A stretch of 64,000 nt of DNA. Source: the human T2T-CHM13v2.0 reference genome, Homo sapiens. Both the position numbers and the translations under genes were made by a program. Under the pieces are notes generated by a model. It ran no database searches. It saw only the letters and a program-made list of their open reading frames with translations, and was not told the origin of the DNA. The stretch lies in assembly GCF_009914755.1 (NCBI RefSeq), contig NC_060930.1; one strand, given 5' to 3'. Shown piece after piece: positions 25,323 to 38,258 of the stretch; the first letter of the stretch is position 1; the number at the start of each line of letters is the position of its first letter.

Positions 25323-28300
25323 GAGTAAGCCATTCATTGTGAGTCTATTATCTGGCCAGTGACTATTTTAAGAAAGCTGAGCATTTTATCCCCCAAACAA
25401 AGGCGGAATAAAAATTCAGAGGTAATGAGTCCTCCAGTGGGAAATTACTCGGTAAATTTGAGCAGGTAAAAGCAAATACCTTAACCAGAATCTAGAATAA
25501 ATGAGAATGCATGTAAAAACATATGCAAATATAATGGAAGACATTTTATAAATTATTATTTTGTTATCCCACCATGGCTGCCCTGGATTTTTAGTAAACC
25601 TTAGCAGAGTTGATGGTGTCCCTACTCATTCTATATACTCATCTCAAGTGAGTAAAGCAAGATTGTGTCTGAAGCCTTGTCTAGCTTCATTTATTTTATG
25701 CTGCCATGCTTAGGAATATAATGGGAGACTTAGAAGCCAAGTCGGTGTCAGAATTGTATGTGCACAGCGGCAGTACCTGTTGTCTGAAATTCTGATTCAG
25801 AGGATCAGGTTTGTGTGCCAGGTGAAGATTAATTGTACAAATGTCAATCTTCTTGGGGGTTCATTAAATTATGATACTTAATTAACATCAATGTCAGTGA
25901 AAGAAAAAATACCCAAAGCTTCCCTAAAAGCTGTTCATATTCAAATATATGTTGATTGATGGAAGCCTATTGTTTCCCAGTGCCTAGTAATATTCTTCAC
26001 TGCATATATTACCTGGAGACTTCCCCAAACACTGAGATATTTGGAACTCTAATGAAAAAATAGCTTCTATTGTCAGATGGAAAGTGCAATTTTATGAGCA
26101 GACCTAGTGCCTCTCTTCATCCATCCATTGAGTGTGTATCTACAACTTGATTGATTTCGACATATTCTTTACCAGCCAGTTATTGATTACAGAATCCCAT
26201 GAGTAAAAATAAGAACCTATTTGTTGGTTGGAATATCATAACATGTTAGCAAGACATGGTTTCAATTTATGAAGTATAATATTGACTTCATTTCTAGGTA
26301 ATATAAAATAATAATAAAATGCAATTATGTGATTTATTTATTTAAATAGTCTCATCCAGTATAATTTAGAGTAACTTTGTAAAGTACTTAGCAAGGGATT
26401 ACTAAATAGTGAAAACGATTAGGTCAGGTATAGTGTTAGACGTTACAGAAATCATGCTGCTGTCAAGTAAGGATGTTAATGGAAACATGAATCTAGTCTC
26501 ATCTTTCTTGAGACTTATTATTGGTTACATAAAATGCATTAATTCTATGATATTTGTAAATAAAGGAATGACTCTAAATTATTTTGCAGGATAGGAAGAA
26601 ACATGAAGCGATGAAACATACTGAACAATTCCATGTTTATGGTGAATATCCATGATTATTTCAATGTATATTTGTGTGACTTGAGGTGGGTAGGCTTTAG
26701 GAATTATGATCCTGTAGCAGAATAGGTAGATAGCAGGGTAAAGACAGAAGACAAGCTAAACAAAAATCAAATGTATTCATTAGGAATCACAAAATATACA
26801 GCATGTTTTTATTTAGCATATAAATACATTGTTTATCAAGACCAGCATACGGCAAAAATGAATTATTGCTTTTCTTCTAACCGTAAATGACTTAAAAGTC
26901 ATCAAGAATAATGCACTAGAGAATAGGCCTAGAAATAGAAAACAGAAATAGAGAAAATCATAAGCAAGAGATCCTACAAACCAGCAATCTAAGTCCTAAT
27001 GAGAAAGAAAAACTATAAGAATAGATTGAAATAAAAGCTACAGTTGTAATATGTTAACCTCCAAACAAAATGTAATTAAGTGTAGACGCAAGAACCAGTT
27101 CCATAAATAGCTATTCATAATCATATACAATTGCCATGCCATTATTTTCTATTAGAAAAATATGAGAATAAAATACAATATTAAATGTCTGATAGAATTG
27201 AGTTCCTAATTAAGTCTTCAACTGAATTAAGTCAGCATCTTCCTTTCACTTTTTCTTTATGTCTTGTGTATAGGCTGTTAAAGATGCTTGGCATAATTAT
27301 GATCAAAATAGATGTATTTTTGCCTGTTCTGAACAACAAGAAGTTTGGCAGGAAATTAAGAACCTAAACCACAGCCAAATTGCTGAATCCTTGAATTGTT
27401 TAAGGATTCAAGCAAGAAAAACCTATGGCCTAAACTGGAAAAAAAAAAAAGTGCATTTGTGACCTCTTCTCTCTCCAGCACTTAGTTTAAAACAACAAAT
27501 TCCTGCCACATAAAAAATAATCTATTTACTGGCATAATTTTAAGCAGTTTAGCCTGCTGAATATGTATTGTAGGATTCTTATTAACATTCTTTATGTTCC
27601 TAAATTTTAAATAAATTATTAAATCCTTCACCATTTGTAAAGAGTGACTCTTTCCCTCCAAACTGGTCACATTTCATTGGATCATCACACTTTGGCCTTC
27701 CTTAATAAGCATGAAATCTCTATACTGCAGTTTCTAAAAAGTCTCAGTTTCATGACTGAGGGAACACATAATGGGATATGAAGCCTTTTGCCTCTAAGTT
27801 TTACATGTAAATTCAGTGTCTATTGTCAGTGACCAAGTATTATGATATCTCATGAGGATTCTAGAACTGACACAAAATATTTAGTTGCCTCAATTTAATT
27901 TTTAGGAAGATGTTATTTTTATTACTTTAAATTAAAACCATAATTGATTGAAAGCTTCAACTGGGTCTACAGTTAAATGAGTCAAGGAATAAGTTTTGCT
28001 CAGAGTCTTTATTGTTTATGGAAATTCTAGCTCATTTGGGAAGCTTATGCTCCCTTCAACAGTTTCTAAGAATTGTAGGAAAAATAAAAATATATCAGAA
28101 CTGAAAGTTTTCAAATGAGATATTACAATTATAAAAAAGTTAGAAATTGTTTAAGCTATACACTTTTGAAGAAAGTTATGATTTGCCTGTACTTGGGACT
28201 TCTGGTTCTGATCATAATGAAGTAGCTGATATTCTTATGATAGGAGCCTTATCATCCTATCAACAACTATAAATATTAAAATTTTACATGAAGTAACTTT

Positions 28301-28424
28301 TTCAAGCATTAGCAAAAACAGAGGGTAATATTACTTCAGAGAAGGTGAAAACATGCTTATGAGATATTGTCCTGTGTTAAGTATTCAAAAGCCCAGCATC
28401 TAAAAATATTTTTCTTAATTTAGA

Positions 28425-28625
28425 TTTTTTTTTAATTTTTATTTTAAGTTCAGGGGCACATGTGCAGCTTTGTTGCATAGGTGAACTTGTGTCATGGCGA
28501 TTTGTTTTACAGAATTTTTCATCATTCAGGTATTAGCTGGAGGCCATTATCATTAACAAACTAACACAATAACAGAAAACCAAATACTGCATGTTCTCGC
28601 TTATAAGCGGGAGCTTAATGACAAC
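28425..28625 (-). mobile_element. Short L1PA (L1PA11-15-like) 3' end with 5' inversion
   Basis: Poly(T) plus antisense 3' end up to CAGGTATTAGC, then sense AGCTGGAGGCCATTATC...GGGAGCTTAATGAC. Confidence 0.88.
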
Positions 28626-31019
28626 ATTTATATATTTTAGCTTAGAAACATTCTCAAATCATTCCAGAAATGTAAACTCACTTTTGATAACTACATTTAT
28701 AAAATTTTTATTGTTTAATGACAACTTTAATTATTGAATTGCAAATACAATTATATTTTTCCTCAGTAGAGAAATATTAAGAGCAAAATGAAAAATAATT
28801 ATACAAAAATAAGGGAAGTAGGACTTTGCAATGTTTAGAGGCAAAATTTTTCTCAGCTTTTTTTTTTTTTTTTTTTTTAGCTTGGTAAACCAACTTCTCA
28901 TCTGATAGTATTACTTCTCATTGCCTCAGCAAAACTATTTTTGAATCTACAAAGCCTTTGCCACCATCCTATTCAGGGAAATCTATCACAGTTTTGCAAA
29001 TCACTCAAATTTTGCAGAAAATTATAATGCTGAAAATGATCACACAAGGCTTCATTTTAGCTTCAGCCTAGTTCTGTTCTTGGATATCAGAATATATTGC
29101 AGGTGCTTAATCCTAAAATGACTCTACACAATTTGCTTCTTTCTATCAATGAAATGGTAGTTTCCTTTTAAAAATAATCAATCTCATATCAATCATATGA
29201 TTATATTTTATATACTCTTTACTGTTATATTAAAACATTCATTTAATTATTTAAAAAGTTGATATATATGGTACTAATATAATATTTTAATAGTAAAATA
29301 TTACATTATGAGGATACACTAATTCTAAATCTATCTGCCTTAAGAGTAACAATATTATCACAATTTGCTAGAAGGTAATGTAAGGTAAGCAGTTTGAAAG
29401 TAAGGAAAAAATTTATTGAATGAAGTTAGAAATTGATCCATAAAAGATAAATGATTGACTTGGAAAATAAGGCACATTTTGTGCAGGTAACAGCTAATAT
29501 TATTGTCCATGGCTTTACATATAATTCTGGAATTGTCATAGAAAGAAAGTCACTTTTTGGCCACTAACTACTTGCTTCTATCAAAACTTGAAACTTGTTT
29601 TAAAGATATCATTTATCATGTACTTTTAAATTGCTTTTCAGCAATGTAAATTTTAAAATATTCTAAAAAATAGTTCTTCAAATACAAGTCTAAAATATTC
29701 CAAAAACTTTATAAAACTGCATACAAATGAGGAAATGGTCCTAGTAGGGCACTGAGGTAAAATTAACAATTAGAAGTTAACATGTGAGGTACTAAAAGTT
29801 ACTGAAAATAGATTTGTGTTGTGTGGATTATTTGACTCCTAAAATATTAATGTCATGATTACCATAAAAGTTCTAGACAAACTGCACGTAAAATTTATAA
29901 ATCACCAACTAATTAATTTTTGCTATAATTATACATATTCTTATATAGATTCCCACTTATCTACCACAAACAGATTTCTGTTTTTATAATCCAGAGAGAA
30001 AACTTTGCTAAAATTCTCATATGAGATAGGCATAAAGTAAAGCAAATGTGGGAAAGCTTTGGTTCTTCCTTCTTTTTGCTTTGGCTGACATGAAAAACTT
30101 AATGCTGAGAGAGTTGTACTCTTCTGAAAACAGTAAAAAGCAAAAAATTTCTGGTTATTTTCCAATGACTCCTGCTGCTAAGTTGGTATCACTAGAAACA
30201 GACCTATTTTGATGCTCATGCCTGTAGTGATTCTTGCATATTTAGTTCTTAATTATTTGGATTAACTGTAAGAGGTCAAATGCATTTGAGCTATAGTTTT
30301 TCACAATTGTATAGTTTCCAAAATATTCTCCTCTGCTCATAAGATATATTCTCAATGGTCAAATCTTTTGCAGGAAAAAAATTCTGGTAATGAACTTACT
30401 TCACACCAAAGAGACAAGGTAAGCCTTGAAAATAAGTTCTTGGATCATCTGGGAAAATAGAAAATGTCTAATATTTTAAAGGATAATATCAGTATAGTGT
30501 TAAACAAACCTAGTACTCATTTATCCTAGTTGTGAGCCTTTGTGCTAGTTTTGTCATAGCCCCAATTATTAGATTTATCAACTTTTAAATGAATTTTTTT
30601 TAATTTTTCAAGGTATTAATTGCTTCCAAGAAACAAACAAACAACATGCAAAGAAAAAAAAAAAAGAAACTATGGTGATGATGGAATATTAACATTTTTA
30701 TTATTAAATATTTGTTCTTAAAATATTTAATGTATTAAAATATATGTCATAATAACCAAAGATGAATCAAGCAATAGGTCTCAGGGTATCCTGAAACAAA
30801 GACTTAGAAAGACATCAATCAAAAATGAACCAAGGATATTCTCTGTGATACCTAGGGATACATGGTCTCACATCTTCACTTCTCTTTTAAATTGTCTTTT
30901 TATTTGTTCTCTCTGCAGATTGTTTTTCTGTGCTCACTTGCATGAGGCAGATTTTTATCAAACAAATTCTGATATTAGTAGCATAGTACATTTAATAATC
31001 TGCTAAATAATCTTACACT

Positions 31020-31250
31020 TACTTATTAGGTTACTGTTCATATTTATGTTGATAATACAATTTCAAATAATTGTATAAATATAGGATAAAGCAAACAAGT
31101 AATTATATGAATATTGTTAGGAATTAAAGTTTAAATGTAATAGAAAAGATATACAAATATAAGTTCAAGAAAATTTACTAACAACTTGTAATAACTAATT
31201 TAATTTGGATACTTTCATATGAACTCATAATATTTATAAAATATGTCAAA
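31020..31250 (+). mobile_element. L1MC4/5-like 3'UTR fragment
   Basis: GGATAAAGCAAACAAGTAATTATATG...GAAAAGATATACAAATATAA...TATGAACTCAT. Confidence 0.6.
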
Positions 31251-31279
31251 GAGTAACTACACTCCCATGTTAATTATGA

Positions 31280-31642
31280 AATTGTTTACCAACAGCCAAG
31301 ATATGGAATTAACATTAGTGTCCATCAGTCAATGAATGTAAAAAGAAAGTATGGTATACATTTCTATATGTATACACATGAACACAAAAATGGCACACTA
31401 TTTAGCCTTAAAAAAGAAAATCCTGCAATTTGCAACAGCATGGATAAACATGAGGAACATTATGCTAAGTGAAATAAGCTAGGATAGTAATGTATGGCTT
31501 CACTTATATATGGAATCTAAAAACTTTGAACTCATAGAAGAGAGAGTGTCATGGTGGTTACCAGGGATTGGGAGAAGGTGGAAGATTGGGATGAAAGATA
31601 TTGGTCAAAGGATACAAGATTTTAGTTAAACAGGAGAATCAA
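31280..31642 (+). mobile_element. L1MA-type 3' fragment
   Basis: AGCCAAGATATGG...ATTTGCAACAGCATGGATAAAC...ATGGTGGTTACCAGGG...TTGGTCAAAGGATACAA. Confidence 0.8.
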
Positions 31643-33253
31643 TATCATTCAAAAGGCTGTATTGCCCAAAGGAATTTATAGATTCAGTGTTATTTCTATT
31701 ACGCTACCACTGACATTCTTCACAGAACTAGAAAAACTATTTTAAAATTCATATGGGACAAAAAAAGATCCTGAAGAACCAAAGCAATCCTATGTAAAAG
31801 GAATAATGCTGGAGGCATCACACTACTCAACTTCAAACTATACTACAGGACTGCAGTAACCAAAACAACATAGTACTGGTACAAAAACAGACACATAGAC
31901 CAATGAAACAGAATAGAGAACCCAGAAATAAGACCACACACCTACAACTATCTGATCTTCAACAAACCTGACAAGAACGAACAATGGGGAAAGAATTCCC
32001 TATTCAATAATTGGTGCTGGAATAACCGGCTAGTCATATGCAGAAGATTGAAACTGGATCCCTTCCTTACACCATATACAAAAATTAACTCAAGATGGAT
32101 TGAAGACTTAAATGTAAAACCACAAACTATGAAAACTCTGGAAAGCAATACCTTTAAGGACATAGGCACAGGCAAAAGATTCATGAGGAAAATGCCAAAA
32201 ACAATTTCAACAAAAGCAAAAATTGACAAATGTGATCTAATTAAACTAAAGAGCTTCTGCAAAACAAAAGAAAGTATCAACCTAGCAAACAGACAGCCTA
32301 TAAAATGGGAGAAAATTTTTGCAAACTATGCATCTGACAAAGGTCTGACATTCAGCATCTACAAGGAACTCAAATTTACAAGAAAAAAAAAAAAACCAAA
32401 ATGTGGACAAAGGACATGAACAGACATTTTTCAAAAGAAGATATACATATAGCCAACTCATATGAAAAAATGCTCAATATCACTGATTATTAGAGAAAGG
32501 CAAACCAGAGCCACAATTGGATACCATTTCACAACAGTCAGAATGGCTACCATTAAGAAGTAAAAAGAAAAAATAAACAGATGCTGGCGAGGTTGTGGAG
32601 GAAAATAAAAACACTTATACAATGTTGGTGGGAGTGTAAATTAGTTCAACCATTGTGGAAGACAGTGTGGTGATTTCCCAAAGACCTAAAGGCAGAAATA
32701 CTATTTGACTCAACAATTATATCACTGGGTATATATCTAAAGGAATATAAATAATTCTATTATACTATAAAGACACATGCACATGTATGTTCATTGCAGC
32801 AATATTCACAAAAGCAAATAAATGGAATCAACCTAAATGCCCATCAAGGATAGACTGAATAAAGAAAATATGGTACATATACACCAAGGAACACTATGCA
32901 ACCATAAAAAAGAATGAGATCATGTCTTTTGCAGGGACATGGATGGAGCTGGATTCTGTTATCCCTAGCAAACAAACATAGGAACAGAAAACCAAATACT
33001 GCATGTCTTCACTTACAAGTGGTAGCTAAATGATGAGAACACATGGACACATAGAAGGGAACAACACACACTGAGGCCTATTAGAGGGTGGAGGGTGGGA
33101 GGAGGGAGAAGATCAGGAAAAATCACTAATGGTTAGTAGGCTTAATACCTGGGTGATAAAATAATCTCTAAAACTCATCTCCATGACAAGTTTACCTATG
33201 TAACAAACCTGCACATGTACCCCTGAACTTAAAAGTCAAAAAAAAAAAAAAAA
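31635..33253 (+). mobile_element. 5'-truncated L1PA (L1PA13-15-like): ORF2 C-terminal part, 3'UTR and poly(A)
   Basis: ORF 32048-32419 [23 protein letters not shown]...KSFCKTKE is L1 ORF2; 3' end GTAACAAACCTGCACATGTACCCCTGAACTTAAAA plus A-tail; TSD AGAATCAA (31635-31642 / 33254-33261). Confidence 0.95.
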
Positions 33254-33321
33254 AGAATCAAGTGAATAAAAGAAGGACAGAATGGAGGGAGAGAGAGAGA
33301 AGGAAAGGATGAAGAAATAAA

Positions 33322-33458
33322 AAGTCACAAGCGCTTCAGGAACCTCAGGTGGAAGGACTGCTTGAGTTCAGGCGTTCAATGCTGCAGTGAGCTGTGATCT
33401 GCACTCTAGCCTGTGCAATAGAGTGAGACCCTGTCCCTCAAAGAATAAGAAAAAGAAA
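33322..33458 (+). mobile_element. AluJ right-arm/FRAM-like monomer fragment
   Basis: GGACTGCTTGAGTTCAGGCGTTCAATGCTGCAGTGAGCTGTGATC...AGAGTGAGACCCTGTC plus A-rich tail. Confidence 0.8.
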
Positions 33459-33499
33459 GCCATGATTTTCTACAAAAAAAAAAAAGGCAAGAATAATAA

Positions 33500-33950
33500 A
33501 ACCAAATTAATATAACAAGTATTCTATCTTCAAAAGTAGTTACAACACCAATTTCTTACTCTAAAAATTGATAATTAAATGGAAACCAGACATTTACTTT
33601 GTGTAATGAGGAGATACAGTGAATCCCAAGTGGTGAGGAAAATATTTTTACAGAACAACATAAGGTAATAAATTTTTTAAAAAATTAACATTTTTCAACT
33701 GTTAATGAAATGATTGACTCAGGCAAAAATTATCATTCACCTAAAATTGAAGGGGAATTATTTTGGAGAGGAGGATTCATGTGATCATAAAATGTCACTT
33801 CCAGATTATTTGCAATTCGAAAAACATTTTTTAAAAATAATGGAAAACATTTGGTGGTCACTGCCTTAATGAAGTAATCAAATTTATCATCACTAATGGG
33901 GAAAGTTAACAATATCTGCTTTCTGCAGAATTCAATAAAAAGTATATTTC
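33500..33950 (+). mobile_element. L1MC4/5-like 3'UTR (likely continuation of the 31020-31250 fragment)
   Basis: ATTTCTTACTCTAAAAATTG...ATGATTGACTCAGGCAA...TGCCTTAATGAAGTAATCAAATTTATCATCACTAATG. Confidence 0.6.
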
Positions 33951-34263
33951 CTAAGAAGTATAGTGTGTTCCGCTACAACACACACCTTTATGAGGCTAAT
34001 TAGCTTATACTGATTGGGAAAATTGGAAAATAATACCAGTAAAACATAGATGGTGTGCTGATTCAAATATTATTGTTCCTAGCAGGAGTAGCATCATTAC
34101 CTCAAGCAATATTGCCAGAGAAAATCTTGACACAGAGAAGACAAGCTCAGTGCTTAATGTGAAAATTTATCTGCACATACAGAACCAGTCCATAATACAG
34201 GTAGGTGTATTCAGAGAAGGGCTGGGGGATACAAATGGTACACCATCAAAATTTGCTGTGATC

Positions 34264-35110
34264 GTTTGAGAAGTGTCTGTTCATGTCTTTTGCCCACTTT
34301 TTAGTGAGGTTATTGGTTTTTTGCTTGTTGAATTGTTTAAGTTTCTAAACACATGAAAAAAATGCTCAGCATCACTAATCATCAGAGAAATGCAAATAAA
34401 AGCCAAAGTGAGATAACATCTCACACCACTGAGAGTGATTATTATTAAAAAGTCAAAAAACAACAGGTGCTGGTGAGGCTACAGAGGAAAGGGAATGCTT
34501 ATATACTGTTAATGGGAATGTAATTTAGTTTAGCACCTGTGGAAATCAGTTTGGAGATTTCTCAAAGAACATAAAAGAGAAATATCATTCTACCCAGCAA
34601 TTCCATTACTGGTTATATATACAAAAGAAAATAAATTCTTATCAAAAGGACACATGTACTTGTGTGTTTATCTCAGCACTGTTCACCATGGTGAAGACAT
34701 GGAATCAACCAAGGTGATTATCAAAAGGGAAGAGGAATGGATTAAAAAATATATGGTAGATATAGACCATGGAATCCTATGCTGCCGTAAAAGAGAACAA
34801 AATCATGTCCTTTGAGGCAACAGCATGGATGCAGCTGGAAGCCGTTATCCTAAGTGAATTAACAGAGGAACAGTAAACCAAACACCACACGGTCTTACTT
34901 AAAAGTGGGAGCTAAACATTGGGTACTCATGGACATAAAGATGCCTCAATAGATTACGAGGACAAACAGGATTAAAAAACATGCGTACTATCCTCACCAT
35001 GTGGGACACAGGATCATTTTTACCCCAAACCTCAACATCATGCAATATACCCATGTAACAAGCCTGTACATGTACCTCCTGAATCTACAAAAAAAATGAC
35101 TTTTTTTTTA
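34264..35110 (+). mobile_element. L1PA16-like 3' end with 5' inversion
   Basis: Inverted segment 34264-34346 followed by sense sequence to ACCCCAAACCTCAACATCATGCAATATACCCATG; TSD A(A/G)AATTTGCTG(TG/CA)ATC at 34248-34263 / 35111-35126. Confidence 0.9.
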
Positions 35111-35149
35111 AGAATTTGCTGCAATCTTGGAAAAATTCTTCTTCAAAGT

Positions 35150-36761
35150 CTTCTAAAAGCATTTTAACTTTTTATTTACATTTGGAAATTCAAGCCATCT
35201 AAAATGAAATCTAGCATATGGTCTGACATAGGTGCCAACATTATTTTTATATACATATCCAGTTAAGGTGGCATTATTTATTGAGAAGATGAAGCTTCCT
35301 CTATGGCTCTACAGTTTCTCCTTTGTCATAGATTAGTTTTCTCCATTTTTGTGGGTTTGTTTGTAAACCCTGTATTCTGTTCCACTGGTCTATTTATCAA
35401 TCCTTGTTTCAATCCACACTGTTTATAGTAAAGTGTTATAAGATGATTTTTAGCTATTAGTATAAAATTGCTGATTTGCAATTATTCGAGACTGACTTTA
35501 TTATTTCCTGCTTTGCATTTCTACATATCTTTTAGAATCAGCTTGTCATTTCCCATCCCCTTCAAAAAACACTACCATTTTTATTGGGATTATGTTGCAT
35601 CTATATATACGAGAGAATTGTCTTCTAATTCATAAATATAGCATATCCCAATTTATTTTATTTGTTCTAATATCTCTTAACAATGGTTTATTTTCTACTT
35701 GAAGTTTCCACAGCCTTCATTAGATCCATGCCATTATAAATGGTATCATTAAAAACAAACAAACAAAAAATTTACTTTCCGTTTGTTGCTAGTATATGTA
35801 ACTACAATTTATTTTTATACTAGCTTCATGTCCAGTCCAGTGATCATCTCAATTAACTAATCCCAATAATTTGAGGTATATATTTTTTTGAATTTTCTAT
35901 GAAAAAAAATCATGTCTGCACATAAGTTGATTTTTATTTCTGCAATATAATTATTTGGCTTATTGTACTGGCTAGGCTTTGCCAGATAATTATTAATGGG
36001 TCATAGGAGATATCCTTATCTCATTACAGAAGTCATACATCTTTCATTATTTCATCATTAAATCTGATAATTCTTTCCATTTTTAAAATAAATGCCTTGT
36101 TTCAGACTAAGAAAACTCTATTTTATTTCTAGTTTTCTGTTATTTAATATTACAAATGGGATTTGAGATGATTATTATAATTCTCTTTTTTGTTAATTTA
36201 GAAAATTGTATTAATTGATCTAAAAATTTTAAGCCACCCCTGAAGTCCTGAAATAAATTCATTTTTAAAATTTATACATTGTATTTTATTAATTGATAAT
36301 TTTTCTTGATAATATTTTGTTTATCATTGTACTTAGTGATGAAATAATTATTTTTTAGGATGTTGGTATCAAGGTTATGCTGGACTCATAAAAAGAATGT
36401 GGCATATTCTCAGTTTATAAAAGTGGCTATTTAGGACTGGTATAATTTATTATTTGTTTAAAGGTTTGAGTACAGAGTTTCTTCTGGATATGGAGTTTTA
36501 TCCAGATAATTATTTTAATTAGATTCAATTCTAATAGGTTTTTAAATTCAATTCTAATTAGATTTTTTATTTCTTCTATCAGTTTTGAAAATCTGTTTTT
36601 CTAAGAATTTTATTTATTTTTTTCTATTTATTGGCATAAATTTGTTTATAATATTCTGATTTTTTTGATTATGTATTCCCACAATCACCCTGTGAAATAA
36701 ACTACCTTAAGATTTACTGGCTTAAAACAATATATACTGCTTTGTGTGGATGGATTTGATT

Positions 36762-36793
<32 letters not shown>

Positions 36794-37900
36794 GGTCTGG
36801 TGAGCTACATAAATTCATTAATTTTAGTTTAAATGTAGATTTGTTTGGGATTTTCTGTGTGAAGACATCATGTTATGTGCAAATAGTGAGAATTTTGGTT
36901 CTGCCTTTTCACTATTACATGTTTACTTATTTGTTTATTTAATTTGTTTTTATTGGAATTGCACTTTCTGCTTGGCAACATGGCACAGTTCTTGTAGTCT
37001 GAGCTGGGCTTGGAGGGATCACTTACGCAGCAGCAGTCAATTGTGTTAAGCTGAGCAGCTCTGCTTTTCTTGGCTGGGCCCTCTTACATGTCTGGAGCCT
37101 CAGCTATGCCTTTATGGCTCAAATGGTTTTGCTTCACATGGTTTCTCATCCATTTGGACCAACTTGAGCTTGTTCGTAAGGAGAAAGTAGGGGCTCAACA
37201 GAAAGAGGGAGAGAGATTAGAAGCATGGAAGGCCTTTTGAGACCTTTGCTTAGAACTCGCACATCAACATTTTACACCACATTTTGTCGGTCAAGAAAAC
37301 TACAAGACCTACTTCAAAGGATGTGGAAGTAGAATCAACCTCTCTATAGGAGGACCTGCAAAGTCACATTGTGAAAGAAAAGACAGAGGGAAAAAGCATA
37401 GAAGCCATTTTTGCAGTCAATCTACCATACTCATTTTCTTTTCACCACTTTTATTGATGTAATGTTTTTATCCTTTTCATTGTTACTATTAACATTTGGG
37501 CCCTTTTAATACCTATTTTTAGTCCAGTTTTATGGGATTGTTAATGTTATTAATTTTTTTAAAAAAGAAAAATTGGACTTGTAAATTATATTTTCTCATT
37601 TGTTGGTTTTCTAGTTCATGAAATTCTGCTCTTTTTAAAATAATATTTGCTATTTCCTTTTTCAATTTTTAAATCTTTTTTGTTTTTATTATTTCCATTT
37701 TCAATTTGGGGGAACATTAATTAGCTGTTTTAACTTTTTACAGAAATTTTTAAGTAATTGATTAAATGTACTTTTTTGCAATATATACATTTCAAAATAT
37801 TTTCTACTTTCCAATGTTTTCTACCTAGACAAATAAGCTACTTATGTGAGTCTCTTTTTCTACCATAGTGATGAATTTTATTATTTGTTTTTCTTAGTTC
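35150..37900 (-). mobile_element. Ancient L1 (L1ME/L1M5) ORF2, interrupted
   Basis: T-rich antisense ORF2 motifs TATTCTGTTCCACTGGTCTATTTATC, TTTTAGAATCAGCTTGTC and GGTATCAAGGTTATGCTGGACTCATA. Confidence 0.75.
36672..37428 (-). mobile_element. MLT1G/H-type MaLR LTR with an internal insertion
   Basis: TGGCTTAAAACAA...GAAGGCCTTTTGAGACC...CACATTTTGTCGGTCAAG...CTGCAAAGTCACATTG...AGCCATTTTTGCAGTCAATCTACCA. Confidence 0.75.
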
Positions 37901-37934
37901 TATCAGCTTCATGCTAAATTGTTAGGTTAGAAAA

Positions 37935-38258
37935 TTTTTGAGTAAGAACTGGATATTAGATGATTTTAGGAAATTACTGCTAATTTTATTAAGTATGCAA
38001 ATGACATTTCTATAGGCAAATATCTTATTCTTAGAAAATGCATGATGAAGGATTTAGAGAAAAAGAAATCTGACATCTGAAACCTATGAGCAAATGTATA
38101 AAACAAGTTTTGCTAAAACAATTGAGTACATAGCATGTATATAATATAGTTAAAATTTAACAATTACTGAATCTAGACATCAGGTGTGCAGATATTATAG
38201 TATAATTCCTATAATACTCCTGTATGTTTAAAGTTATCATAATAGAAAATGTTGGGAA
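37935..38258 (+). mobile_element. L1ME-type 3' end
   Basis: CTGGATATTAGATGAT...TTAACAATTACTGAATCTAG...CTGTATGTTTAAAGTTATCATAATA. Confidence 0.65.

Noticed and set aside
32048-32419. 123-aa ORF
   Set aside because: In-frame remnant of L1 ORF2 in a 5'-truncated, frameshifted element.
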